NCBI GenBank assembly: GCA_049968235.1
Contig: JBMFRC010000012.1
Coordinates: 32,001 to 96,000, forward strand
Origin: Candidatus Hydrogenedens sp.
Lineage (GTDB): Bacteria; Hydrogenedentota; Hydrogenedentia; Hydrogenedentales; Hydrogenedentaceae
Direction of reading: 5' to 3'
DNA: 64,000 bases
Under the pieces are notes generated by a model, which saw only the letters and a program-made list of their open reading frames with translations, had not been told where the DNA came from and ran no database searches. Positions within the stretch are counted from its first letter, which is position 1. Each line of letters begins with the position of its first letter. Below, piece after piece: positions 55,001 to 64,000 of this stretch. A program made the translations under genes and the position numbers.

Positions 55001-55695
55001 TGGTCAAAAGGGTCAGGGTCGGGAATAGGTATATTTTTCCCATATACTTCAGGGTCATAATCTTCCCCTACAAAATCGTATCCACCTGCTATTTTCTTTG
55101 TAGGAAATGGCACATCCCCTATGATAGTTGGGTCGTTGTTCCTATAATCTTGCTGTATCCCAGAGCCTCCAAAATCTTTATGTATATAATCAATTCCCGT
55201 GTCAATAATACCGACCTTTATCCCTTTTCCTGTGGCTCTATAATTACTCCATACCGTAGGTGCCCCTGTAAAAGGCAAACTCTTTGATAAACTAATACTT
55301 ACACGGGATAAAGGATAAATTGCTTTTATATCGTTATCTGATTGCAATTTTTGAACATGGTCTAATTCCAGATATGCACCAATTCCGTTAAATACTTTTT
55401 GAACAGTAAAAAGTATATTTTCTTCAACACTTTTCTTTTTTGTAATTTTGTTTATAAATGCCTTTTGTTCGTCTTCGATTTTTTTTATATATTCTTTAAT
55501 CTGTATAGAATTTTCAGTTGATAATGTTTTGTCCATTTTTAATTGAGAAAAATATTCGACGCCACATGGAGTATTTAACTCAATAATAACGGGGATACGA
55601 TCTGTAGATGAAGCGTTATATATACTAAAAAAAAGTACTAATATAAAAGCAATAATTAAGATTTTTGCTTTTGAGAATAAGCAGTGGTTTTTCAT
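52078..55695 (-). CDS. giant secreted subtilisin-like (S8) serine protease with I9 propeptide, thrombospondin-type-3 Ca-binding repeats, acidic EGxx tandem repeats and C-terminal Ig/FN3-like domain
   Basis: Catalytic triad blocks [31 protein letters not shown]. The signal peptide is at MKNHCLF...; the track ORF extends to 55770 but would overlap the divergent CDF gene. DxDxDGxxD repeats. Confidence 0.8.
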   Translation of the reverse strand: MKNHCLFSKAKILIIAFILVLFFSIYNASSTDRIPVIIELNTPCGVEYFSQLKMDKTLSTENSIQIKEYIKKIEDEQKAFINKITKKKSVEENILFTVQKVFNGIGAYLELDHVQKLQSDNDIKAIYPLSRVSISLSKSLPFTGAPTVWSNYRATGKGIKVGIIDTGIDYIHKDFGGSGIQQDYRNNDPTIIGDVPFPTKKIAGGYDFVGEDYDPEVYGKNIPIPDPDPFDQHGHGTHVAGIIGGYGVLNGITYTSGYTQQVINCPFSVYPGVAPQTELYALKIFSNAPKSEILIPAIEWAIDPNQDNDFSDHLDVLNLSLGEDFGFSDTPEAVACNNASKVGILIVVSAGNRGDAFFSLGTPASAESVIAVSACEDADTSLTGNIPSRIAYFSSRGPAMYSTGKIVLKPDISAPGLHIYSANLGSNPINRLSSGTSMSAPHISGLSALLMEIKPELTAQNIKTILINNATYDTYLYKTGETIYAPPQIGGAGRNNFSNGIITDFLFYDKDNPYLVSLTFDTQEVYESMSEERWIRIENRSMQPKSFELSYLPRTTISGVDIVLPQNISSTISPGSFADLPVLLNINISLLKHDRDPSLDFRYNEPNRSWISELSGILSLKDTTNNNILYLPLYAQIQPTANLNLYPSYLDLSTSNTASLSVEGRELYTGENFPYDLSAFISFFESKGISKRQNYLPVYMSCADIQYLGVTDNLFYLPEGRNIEDASIYFLVSTYSSWSSPNQVHFIIYIDADNDGKTDYSLYNSTTYSGDSPPLSSDVFVSVLSNLKDDAKVQYPLNIFNASEFDVNLFKSNVMVLGVKASDLKLDNDNSTIGFFCESRFIKDIPVNIDQVPEQIPSQPKKRFIYNLKEKSFQIKSEYISNVFSFAHNNLFAYISIINENYFKYNTYGLLSFITHNPKNNRLQFIPIITSEDTDKDGIPDIVEGIDDTDGDNIPNLLDIDSDNDGIPDYIEGTEDKNNNGIPDYIDPEPVIEEGNPDGEGSVEGGYEGITEGPEEGVIEGINEGINEGEGIWEGTHEGITEGVFEGIGEGIYEGINEGVMEGDSSGEGTILKEGELEGISEGEKEGEVPSVIPVPYHVTASDGKYSEYVLIEWEIDNDKSKYEFEVLRNKEDNCNTAISLGISSLPYYCDYTAEIPVIKKGFSCSGSKIIPVVYYYWIRAREKEGTYVNKWSACSIPDKGWRGK
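52440..52720 (-). repeat. in-frame tandem EG(x)(x) coding repeat (about 20 units) inside subtilase gene
   Basis: Protein [56 protein letters not shown]...; the DNA shows degenerate ccttc-rich 12/18-nt periodicity. Confidence 0.6.
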
Positions 55696-55755
55696 GCTAT
55701 AATAAAAAATTCTATTTATTGTAATTATATAAACAATAACTATCACTTCTACATT

Positions 55756-56658
55756 ATGCCACAAATTCACTATGATAAGAATTATAAAAAACAGTTAACA
55801 CAAGTTACATTATTAGGTTTAATACTTAATATAACACTGGTTGCTTTCAAGGTTTGTGTAGGTTATATTACACGAAGTCAAGCCCTTATTGCGGATGGTA
55901 TACACAGTCTTTCCGACGCAATAACAGACCTCGCTGTGATACTGGGAGAACCTTTTTGGACAGCACCTGCTGATATGGACCATCCCCATGGACATGGAAG
56001 AATAGAGATGATAATCACAATACTCATTGGCCTTTTACTTGGGGCAGTTGGTCTATTATTGGGTTTTCAGGCTATAAAATCTATTATTTCGTTTGAAAAA
56101 GAAAAAATTATATACTCTTTACCTATGACGATTGTTGCATTTATATCTGTAGTTACAAAAGAAGCATTATATCAGTATACCGTCTTTGTAGGTAAAAGGA
56201 TACATTCTTCGGCGGTTATAGCAAATGCATGGCATCATCGTTCTGATAGTCTGAGTTCAATCCCTGTGGTAATTGCAGGGATTGCAATTATGGTTAATCC
56301 TGCATATAGTATTTTAGACTCCATAGGTGCTTTAATAGTCTGTGTTCTAATTATATACTCTGCATATCGGATAATTATTCCCATGTTGAATATTTTGGTG
56401 GATAGCGGTATTACAGAGGAAGAAATGTCACGATTAAACGATATTGCTTCATCTATAGATGGAGTAAAAAGTATCCATGCAATAAGAAGTCGTAATATCG
56501 GCGGGGGATTTGCTATAGATTTGCATGTATTGGTTGACCCCCAGATGTCAGTCTTTGATGGGCATATCATAGCAGGAAAGGTAAAACATGCACTTTTAGA
56601 AAAAGGTCAAGATATTGTAGATGTTCTTATTCATATTGAACCTTATGAAAAAAAATAA
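55756..56658 (+). CDS. cation diffusion facilitator (CDF) family metal efflux transporter
   Basis: Six TM helices with HSLSDAITD and HHRSDSLSS motifs; cytoplasmic C-terminal domain. The start is taken at MPQIHYD (55756); the track ORF from 55684 overlaps the subtilase gene. Confidence 0.8.
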   Translation: MPQIHYDKNYKKQLTQVTLLGLILNITLVAFKVCVGYITRSQALIADGIHSLSDAITDLAVILGEPFWTAPADMDHPHGHGRIEMIITILIGLLLGAVGLLLGFQAIKSIISFEKEKIIYSLPMTIVAFISVVTKEALYQYTVFVGKRIHSSAVIANAWHHRSDSLSSIPVVIAGIAIMVNPAYSILDSIGALIVCVLIIYSAYRIIIPMLNILVDSGITEEEMSRLNDIASSIDGVKSIHAIRSRNIGGGFAIDLHVLVDPQMSVFDGHIIAGKVKHALLEKGQDIVDVLIHIEPYEKK

Positions 56659-56679
56659 CAATATATTGATAAGTAAAGA

Positions 56680-57815
56680 TTAAAATACTTGAAAAATAGC
56701 ACATTTAAGATATGATAATTCAGGCATGATTAAAATTTCGGGATGGTCCGGTGAAGCACCATGCTGTTCTAATAACCGTATATCTCTCGACTCATTTCTC
56801 GATGCCCTTTTAATAATCTCACGAAAATCGGAAAATGAAATAAAATGAGAACAAGAACAAGTAATAAGAAACCCTCCCTTTTTTATATGTTTCATTGCTA
56901 TAGAATTAATTCTCTGATATTTCAAGAATGCTTTTTTAAAATCGTTTTTTTTCTTTGCATAAGCAGGTGGGTCTAATATAATTACATCAAAATCTTCTTT
57001 CAAATTTTGTTGGAAATATTCCTCAACATCAATATTATAAAAATCTGCATAATGGATATATTTGTTAATTTCTAAATTTTTTTTTGCTATATCAATGGCT
57101 TCTTTAGAAGAATCTACTCCTATAACATATTTTGCGCCCGCCTGAATACTATGACATGTCCACAATCCCACATAACAAAAACAATCAAGAATTTTTGCTT
57201 CTTTTGTATATTTTTGTGAATAGAGGTAATTAAGTCTCTGGTCAAGAAAAAGCCCCGTTTTTTGTGCCTTTTTGATAGGAACAATAATATTGAGTTTATT
57301 TATATTGCATACAATCTCATTGGGGATATCTGGGAATAAGTCTTCTTGTAGTTTGTTGTATACATGTTGGATACCCTCGAATTTTTTTATTGCTTCTAAT
57401 AAATAATGACTATAGACATTGTAAAACTTACATTGAGAATTTATAATGACTATCGATTGGTATCTATCAACAATAAGCCCTGGCAGTTTGTCACTTTCTG
57501 CATGTATCCAGCGATAAATATCGGAATTACTGAATAATTTGTTTCTAAGGTGTAGAGCGGTAGATAATCGCTTTAAGAAAAAATGGGTATTTATTTCTTC
57601 TTGATGATAGGTTAATACGCGGGCAAAAATATTTCCTTCTGCCTGGTAAAACCCTCTACAAATGAAACGACCCTTCAAATTATATATATCAACAATATCT
57701 CCGTCATTAACAGGTTCATATTTTAATATTTCATTTTTATATACCCATAAATGTCCGCGCAATATTCTTTTTTCTTCATTTTCTTTTATACAAGCAGTTG
57801 GTATATGTTTATTCA

Positions 57816-57816
<1 letters not shown>
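56680..57816 (-). CDS. class I SAM-dependent rRNA methyltransferase (RlmI/RlmK-like, PUA + MTase)
   Basis: N-terminal PUA-like region; MTase motifs ILDCFCYVGLW and VIILDPPAYAKKK; its start overlaps the atpC stop by 1 nt. Confidence 0.75.
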
Positions 57817-59635
<1,819 letters not shown>

Positions 59636-59642
59636 TTAAATC

Positions 59643-60518
59643 CTATTCCATTGATTCTGTCCCACTTATTACTTCCAACATCTCTTTCGTGATAAGTTCT
59701 TGCCTGGTTTTATTAAAAACTACTCTCAGATTTTGTAAAGTTTCCTCTGCATTTTTAGTTGCAACTTCCATGGCTTGCCTTCGGGCTAATTGCTCGCAGG
59801 CTAATGATTCATGAAAAATACGATGCATCTCGGAAATCAAAAATAATTCACAAGTTCGCGTTACGACATCATCGATATGGGGTTCTATAAGCCAATTATA
59901 TTGCTTTATATTTTCAGGATTATCCTGATTTCCCTTAATAGTGAGAGGTAGTAATTGCTCCATTTCTATTTTTGTAGTATAAGAAAGACCTAATTTTGTA
60001 TAAATAATAAATACAGAATCGGTAACACCATTTATAACATACCTTGATAATTCATGAACCAAAGATGAGACTTTATCCAGAGAATAATCTTCAAAAAAAT
60101 TACGATATGATTTCTTTACGGATATATGGTGGTATTTAAATGCGTCATTACCTTTATTACCTAAAGAAATTAAATCTATATTTTTACCGTGAAACATATT
60201 TTTTAATATATCTTTTGTCTTTTGGACAATAGCAGTATTAAAACCACCGCATAAACCGTGGTCACTTGTGATTACCAGAATGGATATATTTTGAATTGTT
60301 TTTCGGGGCGAAATTAGAGGATGATTGGGTTGAAAGTCAGATAAAGTATTAAGATATTGCCATAATTTATTTAATTCATCAGGAAGAATCCGACTTACAA
60401 TAAGGGCGTTTTGGGCTCGTTTGAGCCGAACCGTCGCAACCATTTTAATTGCTTTTGTTATTTTCTGGGTGTTTTCGATTGTATTTATTTTGTTCCGTAA
60501 CTCTTGGATGCTACTCAT
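59643..60518 (-). CDS. atpG: F1Fo ATP synthase gamma subunit
   Basis: N-terminus [28 protein letters not shown] is a typical gamma subunit; the start is taken at 60518 (the track ORF begins 21 nt upstream and would overlap atpA). Confidence 0.9.
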   Translation of the reverse strand: MSSIQELRNKINTIENTQKITKAIKMVATVRLKRAQNALIVSRILPDELNKLWQYLNTLSDFQPNHPLISPRKTIQNISILVITSDHGLCGGFNTAIVQKTKDILKNMFHGKNIDLISLGNKGNDAFKYHHISVKKSYRNFFEDYSLDKVSSLVHELSRYVINGVTDSVFIIYTKLGLSYTTKIEMEQLLPLTIKGNQDNPENIKQYNWLIEPHIDDVVTRTCELFLISEMHRIFHESLACEQLARRQAMEVATKNAEETLQNLRVVFNKTRQELITKEMLEVISGTESME

Positions 60519-62044
60519 AAATGTGCACCTTCTTTCCATTTCTCAGAAAGGAAACGATGAATAAGGTTATCCATCTGATTTTGAATTTCATCTGTCCATT
60601 TGTTATTTGTTCCGAGATATTCATAAAGAGAGGGATTTTCTGTTTTTATATAGGCAATTAATTCCTTTTCAAATCGAGGTAATGCATTCACTGATATATT
60701 ATCAAGCATTCCGGAAATACCAGCATGAATAATAATAATTTCATCGGCTAATGGAAGGGTTTCAAAACGATTTTGAACCAAAATTTTTGTAAGCCTTTTA
60801 CCCCTTTCCAATTGAGCCTTTGAGGATTCATCAAGTTCACTTCCAAATTGAGCAAATACCTCTAATTCACGGTACTGTGCCATTAAAACACGCAATGTTC
60901 CCGCAATCTTTTTCATAATAGGGGTTTGTGCAGAACCACCTACACGGGATACACTAATTCCAGGATTTATCGCTGGTCGTATCCCTGAATGAAATAGAGA
61001 TGATTCCAAGTATATTTGTCCATCTGTTATCGAAATCACATTTGTTGGAATGTAGGCAGAAACATCTCCTTCCTGGGTTTCAATAATAGGAAGAGCAGTT
61101 AAAGTTCCCCCCCCTAAAGAAGGGTGAAGACAAGCAGATCTTTCCAGTAAACGGCTGTGTAAATAGAAAATATCACCCGGGTAAGCTTCCCTTCCCGGTG
61201 GTCTCCTTAGTAATAGAGATATTTGACGATAAGCACTTGCATGTTTTGATAAATCATCATAAACAATAAGAACATGCTTACCTTTATCACGAAAATACTC
61301 TCCAATCGCACAACCTGAAAAAGGAGCCAAATATTGCATTGGGGCAGGTTCTGAAGCCGTTGCGGAAACAACAACTGTATATTTCATTGCACCGTAGTTT
61401 ATAAGGTCACTTACAATTTGTGCCACTGTTGAACGCTTTTGTCCTATAGCCACATAGATACAAATAATATCTTTATCTTTTTGATGTATGATAGTATCGA
61501 TGGCTATGGATGTTTTACCTGTTTGTCTATCTCCAATTATTAATTCACGTTGTCCTCTACCGATAGGTACCATAGAATCAATGGCTTTTATACCTGTATG
61601 TAGGGGTACAGTTACGGGTGTTCTATCAATAATGCCCGGGGCAATTCTTTCAACTGGATAATGTTCTTCCGCTTGAATAGGTCCTCCAGTATCAACAGGC
61701 TCACCAATGGCATTAACTACACGACCCAAAATGGATTCTCCAACAGGAACAGAGGATATTCTCCATGTTCTTTTAGCAACATCACCTTCTTTTATTAGTT
61801 CGTAATCGCCGAGAAGTATAATCCCTACATGGTCTTCTTCTAAACTAAAAACAATTCCTTTCACTCCATGGGGCAAAACAATTAATTCCCCTATAAAAGC
61901 ATTTTCTAATCCAAATACACGAGCAATCCCATCACCGCTTTGAATAACTGTTCCTGTTTCTGAAACATCAATAGCACTCGAATATAGACTTATTTGTTGT
62001 TTGATAAGGTTGGTAATCTCATCAATTCGCGGATTATATGACAT
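60515..62044 (-). CDS. atpA: F1Fo ATP synthase alpha subunit
   Basis: Walker [10 protein letters not shown]; 509 aa. Confidence 0.95.
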   Translation of the reverse strand: MSYNPRIDEITNLIKQQISLYSSAIDVSETGTVIQSGDGIARVFGLENAFIGELIVLPHGVKGIVFSLEEDHVGIILLGDYELIKEGDVAKRTWRISSVPVGESILGRVVNAIGEPVDTGGPIQAEEHYPVERIAPGIIDRTPVTVPLHTGIKAIDSMVPIGRGQRELIIGDRQTGKTSIAIDTIIHQKDKDIICIYVAIGQKRSTVAQIVSDLINYGAMKYTVVVSATASEPAPMQYLAPFSGCAIGEYFRDKGKHVLIVYDDLSKHASAYRQISLLLRRPPGREAYPGDIFYLHSRLLERSACLHPSLGGGTLTALPIIETQEGDVSAYIPTNVISITDGQIYLESSLFHSGIRPAINPGISVSRVGGSAQTPIMKKIAGTLRVLMAQYRELEVFAQFGSELDESSKAQLERGKRLTKILVQNRFETLPLADEIIIIHAGISGMLDNISVNALPRFEKELIAYIKTENPSLYEYLGTNNKWTDEIQNQMDNLIHRFLSEKWKEGAHL

Positions 62045-62606
62045 GGATAGAAATTTCCTTTTTCATAATTTCTTCTTTTAACTTTTCCAATTGCGTCCTA
62101 TAACTAAAATCGAAAGAAAAACCATAGAAATGGATAATAATTCCTCCTAATATACCCGGATTAATATGCTTTATCAGTCGCACTTTTTTTTCAGTAAATC
62201 GTTCCAGTGTTTTAATAAGCGATTTTTCAGATTCTTCAGGTAAATGTGTTGCAGTTGTAACTTCAACTTCAATTCTATTTAACCAGGGGTCAATTTTATC
62301 TGAAAATACTTTTGATATTTCTCTTATTATTCCGACACGATTATGTTTTACAAGAAAGTTAGCAAAATTTCTAAAATATTCAGGAGAATCAGTAATGTCA
62401 AGAATTTGATTTAGTACCTTCTTTTTTAGTTCAAAAGGAATAACTGGATTAGTTAGAAAAGTAAGGAGTTTCGGTTCTCTTTTTAATAAATATGTAAGTA
62501 GCTGATAAGTTTTATTCACTTTAATGAGGTCTTTTTCGTCTTTTATAAAAGACTTCAGAGCCTCTGCATATCTTTGGGCTAATCTATTTCGTACTGTAAA
62601 GTTCAT
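62034..62606 (-). CDS. atpH: F1Fo ATP synthase delta (OSCP) subunit
   Basis: 190-aa helical protein between atpF and atpA; OSCP-like N-terminal helices. Confidence 0.75.
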   Translation of the reverse strand: MNFTVRNRLAQRYAEALKSFIKDEKDLIKVNKTYQLLTYLLKREPKLLTFLTNPVIPFELKKKVLNQILDITDSPEYFRNFANFLVKHNRVGIIREISKVFSDKIDPWLNRIEVEVTTATHLPEESEKSLIKTLERFTEKKVRLIKHINPGILGGIIIHFYGFSFDFSYRTQLEKLKEEIMKKEISIHVI

Positions 62607-62621
62607 TTCCTTTTCCCAAAT

Positions 62622-63407
62622 TTATGAAATCATAGTTATCAAAAAATTGAATTTTTCAACGGTCTGTGCCAATCGTTCTGGTGTCTCTGTTGCCATTAAT
62701 TCTTGTTCAGCCTTTTTTATTGATTCTTCTATGAGTTGCTTTTTTACTTCATTAATACAATGCAAGATTGCTTCTCGTTTTCTTGTTTCCAATAAAAATT
62801 TAATTTGTTCTAAAGCCTGTTGGTTTTGAGTTTCAATTTCAGATAGTCGTTGAGCCAGAAAGGATTCTTTGTAATACTCCTTTTCTTTTATTACTGATGG
62901 TAGCGTTTGGTAAACATTCTTTGCCTCTTCCATTTCTTTACTACTTTGTCGTATACGATTATCAATTTCATTTTGTTTGTCTAATATATGCCTCTGGTAG
63001 GTATGTATGTAATCCAGTAAAGGTTTCCAGCCAAAGTGAAAAACAATAAAAATAATAATAAAAAAATCTAATGTTTTGAACCACAATGTGTAATAAAAAA
63101 TTCTGTTTTTCTCTTTAAGAAAATCAGGACTTTTTTCATAGTTTAATGCAAAATGAAATTTATCCAATTCTTCAGGTGTCCCTTTATATAAATGGGGTCT
63201 CTGTAAAAATTTGTAATAATTAGCATTTTTACGAATTTCTTTATAAATACCATGTTCCTTTTCATATTTTTGCAAATAATTTTTTGATAAATTAGGTGAA
63301 TGAAAAAAATAAATTCCCCCTATTATACCTATAAGGTAAAATATTAAAATCCTTATAAAGAATTTCTTATGTTGACCTAAAAAATTCGTTTTTGTTGTAA
63401 CAGGCAT
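62622..63407 (-). CDS. atpF: F1Fo ATP synthase b subunit with extended N-terminus
   Basis: TM helix FFIIIFIVFHFGWKPLL followed by a long coiled coil, but preceded by about 95 extra residues that include another hydrophobic segment. Confidence 0.65.
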   Translation of the reverse strand: MPVTTKTNFLGQHKKFFIRILIFYLIGIIGGIYFFHSPNLSKNYLQKYEKEHGIYKEIRKNANYYKFLQRPHLYKGTPEELDKFHFALNYEKSPDFLKEKNRIFYYTLWFKTLDFFIIIFIVFHFGWKPLLDYIHTYQRHILDKQNEIDNRIRQSSKEMEEAKNVYQTLPSVIKEKEYYKESFLAQRLSEIETQNQQALEQIKFLLETRKREAILHCINEVKKQLIEESIKKAEQELMATETPERLAQTVEKFNFLITMIS

Positions 63408-63808
63408 TGGATTATCTTCTCTGATAACATTTCTGCATGTGTTTTAATCTCTATATTATTCATACAAAATTGTTTTTCTAATTCATTTCGGAAAAGGATT
63501 AGTTGCTCATGTGCTTTTTTTTGTTCCTTTTCAATTAATGCTCTTTGTTGAATGTAGGCATCATGTATCGTATTATCTATTTTGAGATCAAGTGCTTTTT
63601 GAACCTGTTCTATTTTTCTTTTGTAATCTTCCCTAAACTCTTTTGTCTTCTGATTTATACTTTCAATTTCAGTTTCTTTTTTTTGGAAATAATCTTCTCG
63701 TTCTTTAATTGTTCGCAAAAGGGGCTTCCAGATATATTTCCTTGCAACAATAAAAAATAGAAGGAATAAAATAAATTCAATGAATAATGTTAAGTTTATA
63801 CTAATCAT
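63377..63808 (-). CDS. atpF2: F1Fo ATP synthase b' subunit
   Basis: 143 aa: TM helix (LFIEFILFLLFFIVARKYIWKPLL) then coiled coil; overlaps the atpF start. Confidence 0.7.
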   Translation of the reverse strand: MISINLTLFIEFILFLLFFIVARKYIWKPLLRTIKEREDYFQKKETEIESINQKTKEFREDYKRKIEQVQKALDLKIDNTIHDAYIQQRALIEKEQKKAHEQLILFRNELEKQFCMNNIEIKTHAEMLSEKIIQCLLQQKRIF

Positions 63809-63819
63809 ATATCACAGAT

Positions 63820-64000
63820 TTACACCATAAAGAAAAGGATAATAATTGCTATTACCAATGCATATATAACAACCGATTCTGTAACGGCTTGACCTATTAT
63901 CATTGTTCGTGTTACAAGTCCCGTTGCTTCAGGATTCCGTGCTACTCCTTCACACGCCTTTCCTGCTGCATAGCCTTCGGAAAGAGCTGCTCCTAAACCT
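63820..64000 (-). CDS. atpE: F1Fo ATP synthase c subunit (3' part; gene continues beyond window)
   Basis: Minus-strand translation ends ...[33 protein letters not shown], a c-subunit helix 2 with the conserved acidic residue context; the ORF is open to the window edge. Confidence 0.8.
   Translation of the reverse strand, partial: GLGAALSEGYAAGKACEGVARNPEATGLVTRTMIIGQAVTESVVIYALVIAIIILFFMV

Noticed and set aside
55684-55770. 87-bp overlap between the divergent subtilase and CDF ORFs as called by the ORF track
   Set aside because: Both ORFs have better internal starts. The subtilase signal peptide begins at MKNHC (55695). The CDF first TM region begins after MPQIHYD (55756). The overlap is an ORF-caller artefact.

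Overview
This 64-kb window is a densely coded, AT-rich chromosomal segment from an anaerobic, glycan-degrading bacterium. Several hallmarks point to the Planctomycetes/Verrucomicrobia/Lentisphaerae (PVC) superphylum: a DUF1559/H-X9-DG prepilin-like protein, many secreted hydrolases, and an ATP synthase with b and b' subunits. Nothing here looks like a mobile element, CRISPR array, rRNA or tRNA. The window holds four recognisable blocks. (i) 5.9-20 kb: a Rex-controlled, Hnd-type electron-bifurcating [FeFe]-hydrogenase locus (rex-hndA-hndB-[secreted GH-like insert]-hndC::gltD fusion-hydA), followed by a receiver-only response regulator and the H-cluster maturases hydG-(aspA-like lyase)-hydF-hydE. 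(ii) 20.5-37.4 kb: leuCD, two GH38 alpha-mannosidases and a divergent lipA-lipoyl-domain-hom-thrC operon, plus a bactofilin gene, a YugP-type Zn-peptidase gene and a glutathione peroxidase gene. (iii) 39-46 kb: ligA and an Mla-type ABC lipid-transport system (STAS-MlaE fusion, MlaF, MlaD, auxiliary lipoprotein). (iv) 46-64 kb: an operon of three zinc-ribbon/TPR proteins, a giant S8 subtilase with Ca-binding and acidic repeats, a CDF transporter, and the F1Fo ATP-synthase operon (atpE partial at the window edge through atpC, plus rlmI). Points worth a second look: a near-consensus promoter with two Rex operators upstream of rex; a non-canonical H-cluster L1 motif (TSCSPGW) in HydA; the NuoF-GltD fusion; a secreted, AT-richer glycoside-hydrolase-like gene sitting inside the hydrogenase operon; and a GC-rich, hairpin-rich non-coding island upstream of leuC.
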